Assembly: GCA_017635465.1 (NCBI GenBank)
Contig: JAGBLL010000036.1
Coordinates: 4,590-68,589 of the forward strand
Source of the DNA: Bacilli bacterium
Lineage (GTDB): Bacteria; Bacillota_I; Bacilli_A; RFN20; CAG-826
Direction: 5' to 3'
Length of the DNA stretch: 64,000 nt
The position numbers and the translations under genes were made by a program. Shown one piece after another: positions 1 to 8,330 of this stretch (positions within the stretch are counted from its first letter, which is position 1; every line of letters starts with the position of its first letter). The notes below the pieces were generated by a model that saw only the letters and a list, made by a program, of their open reading frames with translations, was not told the DNA's origin and ran no database searches.

Positions 1-87
1 TCATTCTGTGGTTATAAAAACGCTCCATCTGTTCCTATCTATTTATTCCATTAATAAACAAGTGTTTAATTACATTAAAAGCGCCAA

Positions 88-116
88 TCAAGGCGCTTTT
101 TGGTTTATCTAATATA
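88..116. terminator. Stem-loop AGCGCC-aatcaa-GGCGCT followed by TTTTTGGTTT on the plus strand. Likely intrinsic terminator for an upstream plus-strand gene, possibly bidirectional for the minus-strand gene ending at 122.
   Basis: Inverted repeat plus T-run read directly from the sequence. Confidence 0.5.
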
Positions 117-121
117 TTTGC

Positions 122-1270
122 TTATTTAGAAGCGATTTGTAGCTTATAGCCTTCTAATTCCCAATCAGCGTGAGCGGCAATAACTCTATCTAACGCTTCA
201 TTAAATAATGTAACTTCAGTTGCTTGTCTATTTTTAGGTGTTTTCTTAAACGCTCTATAGACATTATTTAAAGCAATAATACATTCACTTCTAGATTTAT
301 CTAATAAACCAGACATTAATAAGTAAGCACGAATTGAGGCCATAGATACGTCGTTAGAAATTTCTCTTCTTTCAGAAACTGGAACTTCTTTTTCGTAATA
401 TTCTTTAGCTTCTTCTAAATCTTTAGTAATTAAATTGATATAAATCTTTTGTGCGCGAGCGCGGATAAAGACTTTTGCGTCAATGTTTTCTTTCGCCGCA
501 ATAATCTTATCTAAGATTTCTTCTGCTTCTTTATATTCTTTTTTATCTAATAAAGCATAAACTTTGTTTAAGTTAAGATCAGCGGTGAAGTTAGTAATAT
601 CATCGAATAATTTGACTTCAACATCTGTGTTACCTTGTTGGATTTCATGTTCCACACGTAATAACTCATTAAAAGCGGCTTTATTTTTAGGATTGCTAAC
701 CATCGTTAAACGATAACCATCAGTCATAGAGTCAATCTTTAATGGAACGATATTATAGAAAAGAATAACTAAACCAATTGCACCGACAGTTAAGAAACCA
801 TATGCTAAATCGCCTAATGCTCCACCTTTATCTTTAAATAATGTGAAGATAACCATAACGATAATAGCTTCAACAACAAAGAATAATGAACCAAATATCA
901 AATATGGTGTTGGATTAGCTTTATCTTCATAGCCTTTCTTTGGGACGATTTTAGTTTCACCGGTTAAACCATCAAATGAAGAGAAACGGAATTTGAATTT
1001 GCCGTTTTCTTTAAAGAATGAGAAATAAAGAATGGTGACACTTAATATTTCATATTTACCCGCTTTAGCGCCAGCGATATGGGCAAGTTCAAACAATATC
1101 GAATTGAATAACACACCGATAATAACTGAAAGGAACACAAATAAGTAATAAAGCATTCCTTGGAATGCACTATTGACTTGGTGTGTTTGTAAGACTGTAA
1201 AGCCAAACACTACTGCTAAGGCGATAATAATGAGATAAATTATAATACCAATAACATCTTCTTTTTTCAT
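122..1270 (-). CDS. Polytopic membrane protein with a C-terminal soluble, Lys/Glu-rich helical (TPR-like) domain. Function unknown.
   Basis: 382-aa ORF. The N-terminal half holds about 6 hydrophobic helices with a FELAHIAG segment. The C-terminal half is hydrophilic and helical. No confident family recognised. Confidence 0.45.
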   Translation of the reverse strand: MKKEDVIGIIIYLIIIALAVVFGFTVLQTHQVNSAFQGMLYYLFVFLSVIIGVLFNSILFELAHIAGAKAGKYEILSVTILYFSFFKENGKFKFRFSSFDGLTGETKIVPKKGYEDKANPTPYLIFGSLFFVVEAIIVMVIFTLFKDKGGALGDLAYGFLTVGAIGLVILFYNIVPLKIDSMTDGYRLTMVSNPKNKAAFNELLRVEHEIQQGNTDVEVKLFDDITNFTADLNLNKVYALLDKKEYKEAEEILDKIIAAKENIDAKVFIRARAQKIYINLITKDLEEAKEYYEKEVPVSERREISNDVSMASIRAYLLMSGLLDKSRSECIIALNNVYRAFKKTPKNRQATEVTLFNEALDRVIAAHADWELEGYKLQIASK

Positions 1271-1285
1271 AATATCGATGTCCTC

Positions 1286-2458
1286 CTAGATACAACTTTT
1301 AAAAATGGCTTCTACCACTTCTTTATCCATATTTTTCTTTGGGTGCTCAATTATTTTAGTACCATTATTAGTAATAATGTTAGTCAAAAGCGTAATATCT
1401 GGATTATTTATGCCTAAATCTTTAAAAGATAGAGGCATTTCTAATTCTTTAAAGAGCTTTTCTATTTCTTTGATACCAGCTTTTGCGTTATCTAATTTAT
1501 CATGCTTATGTAAATCAAAAACATTTCTCGCTAATTTATCAAATTTATCAACATCATAATTGACATAATATTTAGCCCAGGCTGGGAATAAGACCGCTAA
1601 GCCAGCAGCGTGAGCAACATCAGGATAAACAGCAGAAACAGCATGTTCCATTGGGTGGACAAAGAATCCACCATTTTTACCAATACTTGTTAAACCATTA
1701 TGTGATAAAGATGACATTAACATAATGACCGCTCTAGCATCATAATCAGTTGGATTTTTCATCACCACTTTAGCGGCTTTAATAACTGATTTTAATAATG
1801 CTTCAGCAAAGCCATCCGCAGGTTCATTTTCACTAGAATAATTAAAATATCTTTCTAATGTGTGCATCATAATATCAACAATGCCATAGGCTGTTTGTAC
1901 TTTAGAAACACTATAAGTTAATTTTGGGTTTTCAATAGCGAATACTGGTCTAACAATATCATCATTAAAGCCTTGTTTAATTTGTTTTTTATCATCTTGG
2001 ATAACACATGATGTTGATAATTCACTACCTGCAGCGGCAATTGTTAAAATAACGCCAACGGGTAGTGCTTTAGTGGGTTTAACCTTATGCAAATTAAAAT
2101 CAAAAGAATCACCAGAATAGAAATATCCAACGGCAATATTTTTCGCGGTATCAACAACTGATCCACCACCAATAGCAAGTATTAAGTTAGGAGCAAATAT
2201 TCTTGCTTCTTCAATGCCTTTATGACATAGATCAATTGTGGGATTTGGTCTAACACCTTCTAAGACTTTGTATTTGATATTAGAAGCAGTTAATGAATCT
2301 TCGACTTTCTTTAATAAGCCATTTCTTTTAACTGAGCCTTGACCAATCACAATATAAACACGCTTATAGCCGCCTTCTAAACAAATTTGGCCAATTAGAT
2401 CTTCTTTATTGCTACCAAAATATATCTTTGTGGGACTTATGAAATTGAAATCAATCAT
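1286..2458 (-). CDS. Iron-containing (group III) alcohol dehydrogenase.
   Basis: GGGSVVDTAK glycine-rich NAD motif and overall Fe-ADH layout. 390 aa. Confidence 0.8.
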   Translation of the reverse strand: MIDFNFISPTKIYFGSNKEDLIGQICLEGGYKRVYIVIGQGSVKRNGLLKKVEDSLTASNIKYKVLEGVRPNPTIDLCHKGIEEARIFAPNLILAIGGGSVVDTAKNIAVGYFYSGDSFDFNLHKVKPTKALPVGVILTIAAAGSELSTSCVIQDDKKQIKQGFNDDIVRPVFAIENPKLTYSVSKVQTAYGIVDIMMHTLERYFNYSSENEPADGFAEALLKSVIKAAKVVMKNPTDYDARAVIMLMSSLSHNGLTSIGKNGGFFVHPMEHAVSAVYPDVAHAAGLAVLFPAWAKYYVNYDVDKFDKLARNVFDLHKHDKLDNAKAGIKEIEKLFKELEMPLSFKDLGINNPDITLLTNIITNNGTKIIEHPKKNMDKEVVEAIFKSCI

Positions 2459-3018
2459 GATTTTTTATTCCTCCATCGATAATCTAATAAATCTAATATT
2501 TCTTTTCTCATGTTTTCATCGTTTTCAAAGCAGAAACATTCAAATAAACCGTTCAATGTTTTGTTTTTATGAGTGGATAAATAATAAACAATGGAATTAG
2601 AATAAGCGAACGCTCTAAAGCGGACGATATTTTTCTTCTCATTAGTGTTTATACGTTTACTTTCAGAAATATTATTAATAAAAGTTGTAAAGCAGCGGTA
2701 ACAAGTATTGTAAATAAATTCTACGAATAAATCTTTACCCGCTGAATTAAGTGTTTCATCAATGAATCTTTGATTCTTTAAATAATATTCAAATATCGAT
2801 GTCGCCATTTCTTCAGAGTGCTTAACGTTATCAATACCAGGTATTTTTTCGTTTAAGAACACTAACGCTAATAAGTCATAAATATCATGAAAATGATAAT
2901 AGAATGTTTGTCTATTAACTTTGCAACGGCGCGTTAAAGCCGCTACCGATATTTCTTCTAACGGCATTTCTGACATCATTGATTTAAGTGCTTCAGCGAA
3001 TCGATGTTCTGTTTTCAC
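2455..3018 (-). CDS. TetR/AcrR-family transcriptional regulator (DhaS-like).
   Basis: N-terminal HTH 'EISVAALTRRCKVNRQTFYYHF' typical of TetR. Overlaps the downstream ADH start, so operon-coupled. Confidence 0.6.
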   Translation of the reverse strand: MKTEHRFAEALKSMMSEMPLEEISVAALTRRCKVNRQTFYYHFHDIYDLLALVFLNEKIPGIDNVKHSEEMATSIFEYYLKNQRFIDETLNSAGKDLFVEFIYNTCYRCFTTFINNISESKRINTNEKKNIVRFRAFAYSNSIVYYLSTHKNKTLNGLFECFCFENDENMRKEILDLLDYRWRNKKS

Positions 3019-3917
3019 TTATGTTTACAAACCTCTTTAGCAATTTCTGCACCAACAGCAGCATTATTAAGAACTAAGTGGATATTGGATTCTAATGATT
3101 CTCCACCAGTTAAATCCACTACTGTTTTTAATAAGAATGGTGTAATGTCTTTTCCTTTTACGCCTTTTTCATCAGCCATCTTTAAAGCTTTTTCGATAGC
3201 GTCATTGATGATTTTATCATCCATAGCGAATTCTTGAGGAATTGGATTTGTGATTAATATACCACCTTGGAGATTATTTTTCCTCTTTTGATAAATAATT
3301 TCCGCAGCTTCTTTTGGATCATTAATTTCATAATCCACAGATAAACCTGAATGCCTTGTATAGAAAGCTGGTAATTCTTTTGTTTGATAGCCTAATACTG
3401 GGACACCCATTGTTTCTAAATATTCTAACGTTAATGGTAAGTCTAAGATAGCTTTAGCGCCAGCACAGACAACTGTTACGTTGGTCTTACCTAATTCTTG
3501 TAAATCAGCGGAAATATCCATCGATTCTTGTGCTCTTCTATGGACACCACCAATACCACCGGTAACGAATACTTCAATACCAGCTTGGTTAGCTAAAATC
3601 ATTGAGGAAGAAACAGTTGTTGCCGCCCATAACTTTTTAGCATAGACAACTGGTAAGTCTCTTCTAGATGCTTTACCAATGCCTTTAACTTTACCAAATA
3701 ATTCAATTTCTTCTGGTGTCATACCAACGATAGGTTCACCATCAATAATGCCAATAGTAGCAGGAACAACACCGTGTTCTCTAATAACTTGTTCCACCTT
3801 TAAAGCGGTTTCCACATTCTTTGGATAAGGCATACCATGACTAATAATTGTGCTTTCTAACGCAACAACTGGTTTATTAGCTTTTAAAGCCTCTAAAACT
3901 TCTGGATTAATTTTCAT
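3015..3917 (-). CDS. psuG: Pseudouridine-5'-phosphate glycosidase.
   Basis: MKINPEVLEAL...ALESTIISHGMPYP N-terminus and the indigoidine synthase A-like family pattern. Likely start MKINPEV at 3917 with a GGGAG RBS; the ORF-track start is 3935. Confidence 0.8.
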   Translation of the reverse strand: MKINPEVLEALKANKPVVALESTIISHGMPYPKNVETALKVEQVIREHGVVPATIGIIDGEPIVGMTPEEIELFGKVKGIGKASRRDLPVVYAKKLWAATTVSSSMILANQAGIEVFVTGGIGGVHRRAQESMDISADLQELGKTNVTVVCAGAKAILDLPLTLEYLETMGVPVLGYQTKELPAFYTRHSGLSVDYEINDPKEAAEIIYQKRKNNLQGGILITNPIPQEFAMDDKIINDAIEKALKMADEKGVKGKDITPFLLKTVVDLTGGESLESNIHLVLNNAAVGAEIAKEVCKHK

Positions 3918-5355
3918 ATTCTTCTCCCTTTCCAAAAATCTTATTTATAACGAAATATAACGCGATTAAAACAGTAACGATAATGCCAGTAACGAAATAT
4001 GCTGGCCCACTCATTTCCATAAATGGAATACCAAATATTGGATCTACCTTATTTGATGTGTAAGAAATAATAGCAGGAGTCACTAGCGTGATAATAGAAA
4101 TAGCCCCTACAACAACAATACTTATGCGGCGATATTTACTTAAAGGTAAACAAATATAATAGAAAACTGGAATACCTAAAATAGTAACAGCAATCATAAA
4201 CATTGTTGTTAATATTTGTTCATTATAGATACCAAAGCTAACTAAATTATTCTTTTGCATTGAATATAAAACAATAAGCAAAATAGAAGCGACAAACATC
4301 ATAAGTGCTCCTGGTAATGATTTCTTTAATACATTAATAAAGTACTTGCCTTTAACTTCGTTATTCTTTCTATCAAACACTAACAACACTATCGCTGCTA
4401 TATCAATAATCGCATCTAAAACGAAATAACGATATAACGCAAATGGATTTTCCGAAACTTTAGTTGCGTAACTAATCGCGAATAATATTGCTAAGAATAT
4501 AGCGAATAAGACTTTACTAATAATGAATAAACTAACTCTATATAAATTGTTAACTAATCTTTTACTTTCTTCAAAAGCCCTAGGAAGATCATCGTAATTA
4601 TCATTAATGTAAACGACTTTTTCACCTTTAGCTTTTAATGATTTGATAATAGCGTTTTTCTCTTCTCTTTGTGCTTCGCCAAAAACAACATTTCTATAAG
4701 CATTACGTATCGCAGTATATTCCATTGATATTTGTTTACTAGTGTTTAATACTCCAGCGTCATAAGCAATACAAGAAGCTTTTAATGTGTTATCGCTTGA
4801 AAGAACTTTGACATTGATATTATGTTCATTAAGCCATTTAATTGATTCCACCATTGATTCTCTAACGTGTTCTTTGGTGACAATTAAGGCAACAACATCT
4901 AAATTTTCAGTGATTTCATTTTCACCTTGGGCTAAAACATAAACATCTTGTCCATATCTAACATATTCATCACACCTTTTAAGAATACCTGGTTTATTTT
5001 TAATAGACATATTATCCACTAAACCGATGAAATATGCTTTTCCACCTCTAAAAGTAGCGCCCATGGTGCGTGTTTGATAATTAAATGGATAGACTTTCTT
5101 GACTTCACTACTTAGTTCAAAGTCATATTGTTTCTTAAGAGCGTCATATAATGGATTTCTTTCATTAACAGCGTTTAAAACATTAGAAATAGCTTGTGAT
5201 ACTTCTGATTCATTTCTTCTAACATCTAAAATAACGACTTTTTTAATTAATATTTCTCCATCACAAAGAGCGGTTTCTTTATCAAAACAAACTGTCGTGG
5301 CTTGTGATAGCTTAAGAAATGCAATTGGATTACTAATTTTATTACTCATGCACAT
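3907..5355 (-). CDS. Degenerate C-terminal half of a P-type ATPase (phosphorylation/N/P domains plus 6 C-terminal TM helices). The N-terminal A-domain/TM1-4 half is absent.
   Basis: VCFDKETALCDGE aligns to the ICSDKTGTLT phosphorylation loop. VLSSDN aligns to MITGDN. VVYINDNYDDLPRAF aligns to VAMTGDGVNDAPAL. A C-terminal multi-TM block follows. Confidence 0.5.
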   Translation of the reverse strand: MCMSNKISNPIAFLKLSQATTVCFDKETALCDGEILIKKVVILDVRRNESEVSQAISNVLNAVNERNPLYDALKKQYDFELSSEVKKVYPFNYQTRTMGATFRGGKAYFIGLVDNMSIKNKPGILKRCDEYVRYGQDVYVLAQGENEITENLDVVALIVTKEHVRESMVESIKWLNEHNINVKVLSSDNTLKASCIAYDAGVLNTSKQISMEYTAIRNAYRNVVFGEAQREEKNAIIKSLKAKGEKVVYINDNYDDLPRAFEESKRLVNNLYRVSLFIISKVLFAIFLAILFAISYATKVSENPFALYRYFVLDAIIDIAAIVLLVFDRKNNEVKGKYFINVLKKSLPGALMMFVASILLIVLYSMQKNNLVSFGIYNEQILTTMFMIAVTILGIPVFYYICLPLSKYRRISIVVVGAISIITLVTPAIISYTSNKVDPIFGIPFMEMSGPAYFVTGIIVTVLIALYFVINKIFGKGEEYEN

Positions 5356-5360
5356 ACATA

Positions 5361-5390
5361 ATAAAAAAACTTGGAGTAAAATACCAAGTT
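5361..5390 (-). terminator. Intrinsic terminator downstream of tadA.
   Basis: ACTTGG-agtaaaata-CCAAGT hairpin followed by a T-run on the minus strand. Confidence 0.6.
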
Positions 5391-5401
5391 TATTTTATAA
5401 G

Positions 5402-5857
5402 TTATTTGCTTCTCTTACTTTTGAAATAGTTTTTAATGATTGCGGTGCACTCATTTTCTAAGACACCTTTAACTATTTCTGGACGATGGTTAATGTTATT
5501 TGCTTCTAATACATTAATTGAAGAACCAAACGCTCCACCTTTGATATCAGGAGCGCCGTATACCACTCTTTTGATACGAGATTGGATAATTGCCCCACTA
5601 CACATAATACATGGTTCTATTGTGACATAAAGAGTGCAGTCCACTAACTGCCAATCATTAACTACTTCACTAGCTTTTTTAATAGCTAAAACTTCAGCGT
5701 GACCTAATGGGTTATGAGATTTATCTCTTTGGTTATGACTTCTTGCGATGATTTGATCATCTTTAACAATAACACAACCAATTGGAACTTCATCTTCTAA
5801 CGCTGCTAGTTCTGCTTCTTTTAAAGCTTCTTGCATGTATTTGATATCGTTATCCAT
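5402..5857 (-). CDS. tadA: tRNA-specific adenosine deaminase.
   Basis: HAEVLAI and PCIMCSGAI zinc-binding CDA motifs. 151 aa. Confidence 0.85.
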   Translation of the reverse strand: MDNDIKYMQEALKEAELAALEDEVPIGCVIVKDDQIIARSHNQRDKSHNPLGHAEVLAIKKASEVVNDWQLVDCTLYVTIEPCIMCSGAIIQSRIKRVVYGAPDIKGGAFGSSINVLEANNINHRPEIVKGVLENECTAIIKNYFKSKRSK

Positions 5858-5867
5858 ATTGTTTTAA

Positions 5868-5953
5868 AAACCACCGCACATGAACATTAATACTTAAGGC
5901 TGCTACATTCCTGTCCTGACCTGGTTCGCAAACATTCATCGCGATGGCGAAAT
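5868..5953 (-). ncRNA. ffs: Signal recognition particle RNA (small 4.5S/scRNA type).
   Basis: The minus-strand sequence ...GCGAACCAGGUCAGGACAGGAAUGUAGCAGCC... matches the universally conserved SRP RNA domain IV (ACCAGGUCAGGUCCGGAAGGAAGCAGCC in E. coli 4.5S). It is flanked by a long complementary 5'/3' stem (CCAUCGCGAUGAAUGUU / AAUGUUCAUGUGCGGUGG). It lies in the tadA-serS intergenic gap. Confidence 0.75.
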
Positions 5954-5975
5954 GATTATATCACTTATTAGAAGT

Positions 5976-6004
5976 AATAAAAAGGACACAATTTAATGTG
6001 TCCG
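5976..6004 (-). terminator. Intrinsic terminator of serS.
   Basis: GGACACA-tttaa-TGTGTCC hairpin followed by TTTTTATT on the minus strand. Confidence 0.7.
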
Positions 6005-6011
6005 TTTTGGC

Positions 6012-7295
6012 TTATTTTTTAATTGGTTTTAAGACTTCAAGTCCACCCATCCATGGTCTTAAGACTTCTGGAATGATAACTGAACCATCGGCTTGTTGGT
6101 TTTGTTCCAAGATCGCTGGGAAGATACGAGAAGTTGCTAAGCCAGAAGCATTCAATGTATGCACGTATCTGGTCTTTCCTGTAGCGTTATCTCTATAACG
6201 GCACATTGTTCTTCTTGCTTGATAGTCTCTAGCGTTACTCGCGGAACTAACTTCTTTATAGATGCCCATGCTTGGTAAATAGACTTCAATATCATATGTT
6301 CTAGCCATGGAGTGAGAAATGTCACCAGCGGCTAATTTACTAACTTGATAATGTAAACCTAAACCCGCCACTAAAGCTTCTGCTTTCTTTACTAATTCTT
6401 CAAAAGCAGCATCACTATCTTCTGGTTTGGTATATTGGACCATTTCGACTTTGTCGAATTGATAGCCACGAATCATACCTCTTTCTTCAGTTCTATATGA
6501 ACCAGCTTCACTTCTATAACATGGTGTATAAGCGAAGAATTTCTTTGGTAAATCTTCTTCTTTTAAGATTTCATCGCGGTAGATATTAACTAAAGCTGTT
6601 TCAGCGGTAGGAAGAAGGAATCTTTTTGGTTCCATACCTTCAAGCCAGAAAACATCTTGTTTAAATTTTGGGAATTGACCCGCACCAAAACCTGATGCTT
6701 CGTTTAATAAATGAGGAGGAAGGATGAATGTATATCCATCTTTTAAGTGTGTGGTGATGAAATAGTTTAATAATGCCCATTCAAGTTGCGCACCTAAATT
6801 TGTATAAATCCATGCACCACGACCAGCGATTTTAGCCGCTCTATCATAGTCAACTAAACCTAATGATGTAGCGAGTTCAACGTGATCTTTCATTGGGAAA
6901 TCAAATTCTGGTTTCTTACCAAACGATCTAATTGGTTTATTGTTTTCTTTACCACCACCTAATAAGTCATCATCAGGAATGTTTGGAAGTTCTGCTAAGA
7001 AATTGAAGATTTTATCTTCTAATTCTTTTAATTCCTTATCACTTTCAGCATTTTTAGCGGCGATTTCTTTAACTTGAGCGAAGATTTTAGAAACATCTTC
7101 ACCATTCTTTTTAGCTTGAGGAACAGAAGCGGATAATCTATTCATTTCTGCTTTGTTACCTTCAACAAATTGAATTAATTCTTTTTTTCTTTTATCCCAG
7201 CCTAATAATTCAGTAAAGTCCGCATCCCATAATTTCTTTTTAAGAGCGGCTTTTACGCCTTCTGGATTTTCACGAATACGATTAATGTCTATCAT
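6012..7295 (-). CDS. serS: Seryl-tRNA synthetase.
   Basis: 427 aa. N-terminal coiled-coil arm plus class II aaRS core (e.g. FxYTPCYRSEAGS...RGMIRGYQFDKVE). Confidence 0.9.
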   Translation of the reverse strand: MIDINRIRENPEGVKAALKKKLWDADFTELLGWDKRKKELIQFVEGNKAEMNRLSASVPQAKKNGEDVSKIFAQVKEIAAKNAESDKELKELEDKIFNFLAELPNIPDDDLLGGGKENNKPIRSFGKKPEFDFPMKDHVELATSLGLVDYDRAAKIAGRGAWIYTNLGAQLEWALLNYFITTHLKDGYTFILPPHLLNEASGFGAGQFPKFKQDVFWLEGMEPKRFLLPTAETALVNIYRDEILKEEDLPKKFFAYTPCYRSEAGSYRTEERGMIRGYQFDKVEMVQYTKPEDSDAAFEELVKKAEALVAGLGLHYQVSKLAAGDISHSMARTYDIEVYLPSMGIYKEVSSASNARDYQARRTMCRYRDNATGKTRYVHTLNASGLATSRIFPAILEQNQQADGSVIIPEVLRPWMGGLEVLKPIKK

Positions 7296-7311
7296 AATCT
7301 TTTTCTCCTCT

Positions 7312-8328
7312 TTATTCTTTTTTAATTAATGATTTATAGATACTCACTAATTGGTCACCAAAGTTTTTCAAACTGTATTCTGATACTTGATTATACGCTT
7401 CTTTAACTGTTGGTTGCATCTCATGATCGAGATATTCTAAACAAATTGATGTTAAAGTTTCTGAGAATTCCGCGATATAAGCGGTTTTTTCATTTTCTAA
7501 GAATTCTGGAAAGATTGTTGATTTTCTAACAATCAATTGGCATTTAGCCGCCATTGCTTCTTCAACAGATACAATACCCGCTAAAGTATAACCAGGAAGC
7601 ATAAAGACATCAGCGTTTAATAATAAGCTACGATAGATATCATCTGGAAGGATATCTTTAAAGCGCACGTTTTTAGGAGCGGATTTAATAATCTTTTTGC
7701 TTCTACCTTTGTTAGCGTCTTTATTTTGATATCCGACATAATAGAATACCGTGTCGTCTCTTTTATTAGCGGCGTTAATGAAGGCATGAATGCCATCCAT
7801 ATTGCTATCATAGTCCCCAACCGCTAAAACAACTTTCTTATTTTTATCTTCTCTAAAGTAGCGGTAGAAAAGTTCTTTTTCATCTTCTCTAGAGAAATTA
7901 AATCTAGCTAAGTTGATTCCTGGTACAGCTATTTCAATGCGACTAGTAATTCCTTCGCTAATTAAAAACTGTTTCGCAGATTCACTAGGAACAATGACTA
8001 AAGTAGCTTTATTGAGCATTTTAAACGCTTTATTTCTTAAATGCCTACTAACTTTACCATCTTTGATTTTGTGGACAATGAAGCGTGTCGAAGGATCATC
8101 TTCTCCAAATAATGCAGAGACAACAGTCGGCACGCCTCTTTCTGCCACTAAACTGAGTTTATTTTCATCATCAGGCGACATGAAATGGGCAACATCACAT
8201 TCATCATATAAATTAGATGTATATTGCATATCAACAGTTTCTAAGGCACCTTTAATGGTTTTACGCATTCTCGCGCCTTCGAAATTGTCATATTTGTTAC
8301 TTGGTTGAAAATAAACTAATACTTTCAT
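7312..8328 (-). CDS. GT-B fold glycosyltransferase (group 1 / GT4-like).
   Basis: 338 aa. C-terminal FMLPGYTLAGIVSVEEAMAAKCQLIV resembles the GT4 E-x7-E region. Sits between gyrA and serS. Confidence 0.55.
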   Translation of the reverse strand: MKVLVYFQPSNKYDNFEGARMRKTIKGALETVDMQYTSNLYDECDVAHFMSPDDENKLSLVAERGVPTVVSALFGEDDPSTRFIVHKIKDGKVSRHLRNKAFKMLNKATLVIVPSESAKQFLISEGITSRIEIAVPGINLARFNFSREDEKELFYRYFREDKNKKVVLAVGDYDSNMDGIHAFINAANKRDDTVFYYVGYQNKDANKGRSKKIIKSAPKNVRFKDILPDDIYRSLLLNADVFMLPGYTLAGIVSVEEAMAAKCQLIVRKSTIFPEFLENEKTAYIAEFSETLTSICLEYLDHEMQPTVKEAYNQVSEYSLKNFGDQLVSIYKSLIKKE

Positions 8329-8330
8329 AA

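Noticed and set aside
1305-1559. 84-aa plus-strand ORF overlapping the alcohol dehydrogenase gene.
   Set aside because: Antisense to a confidently identified Fe-ADH. No independent support.
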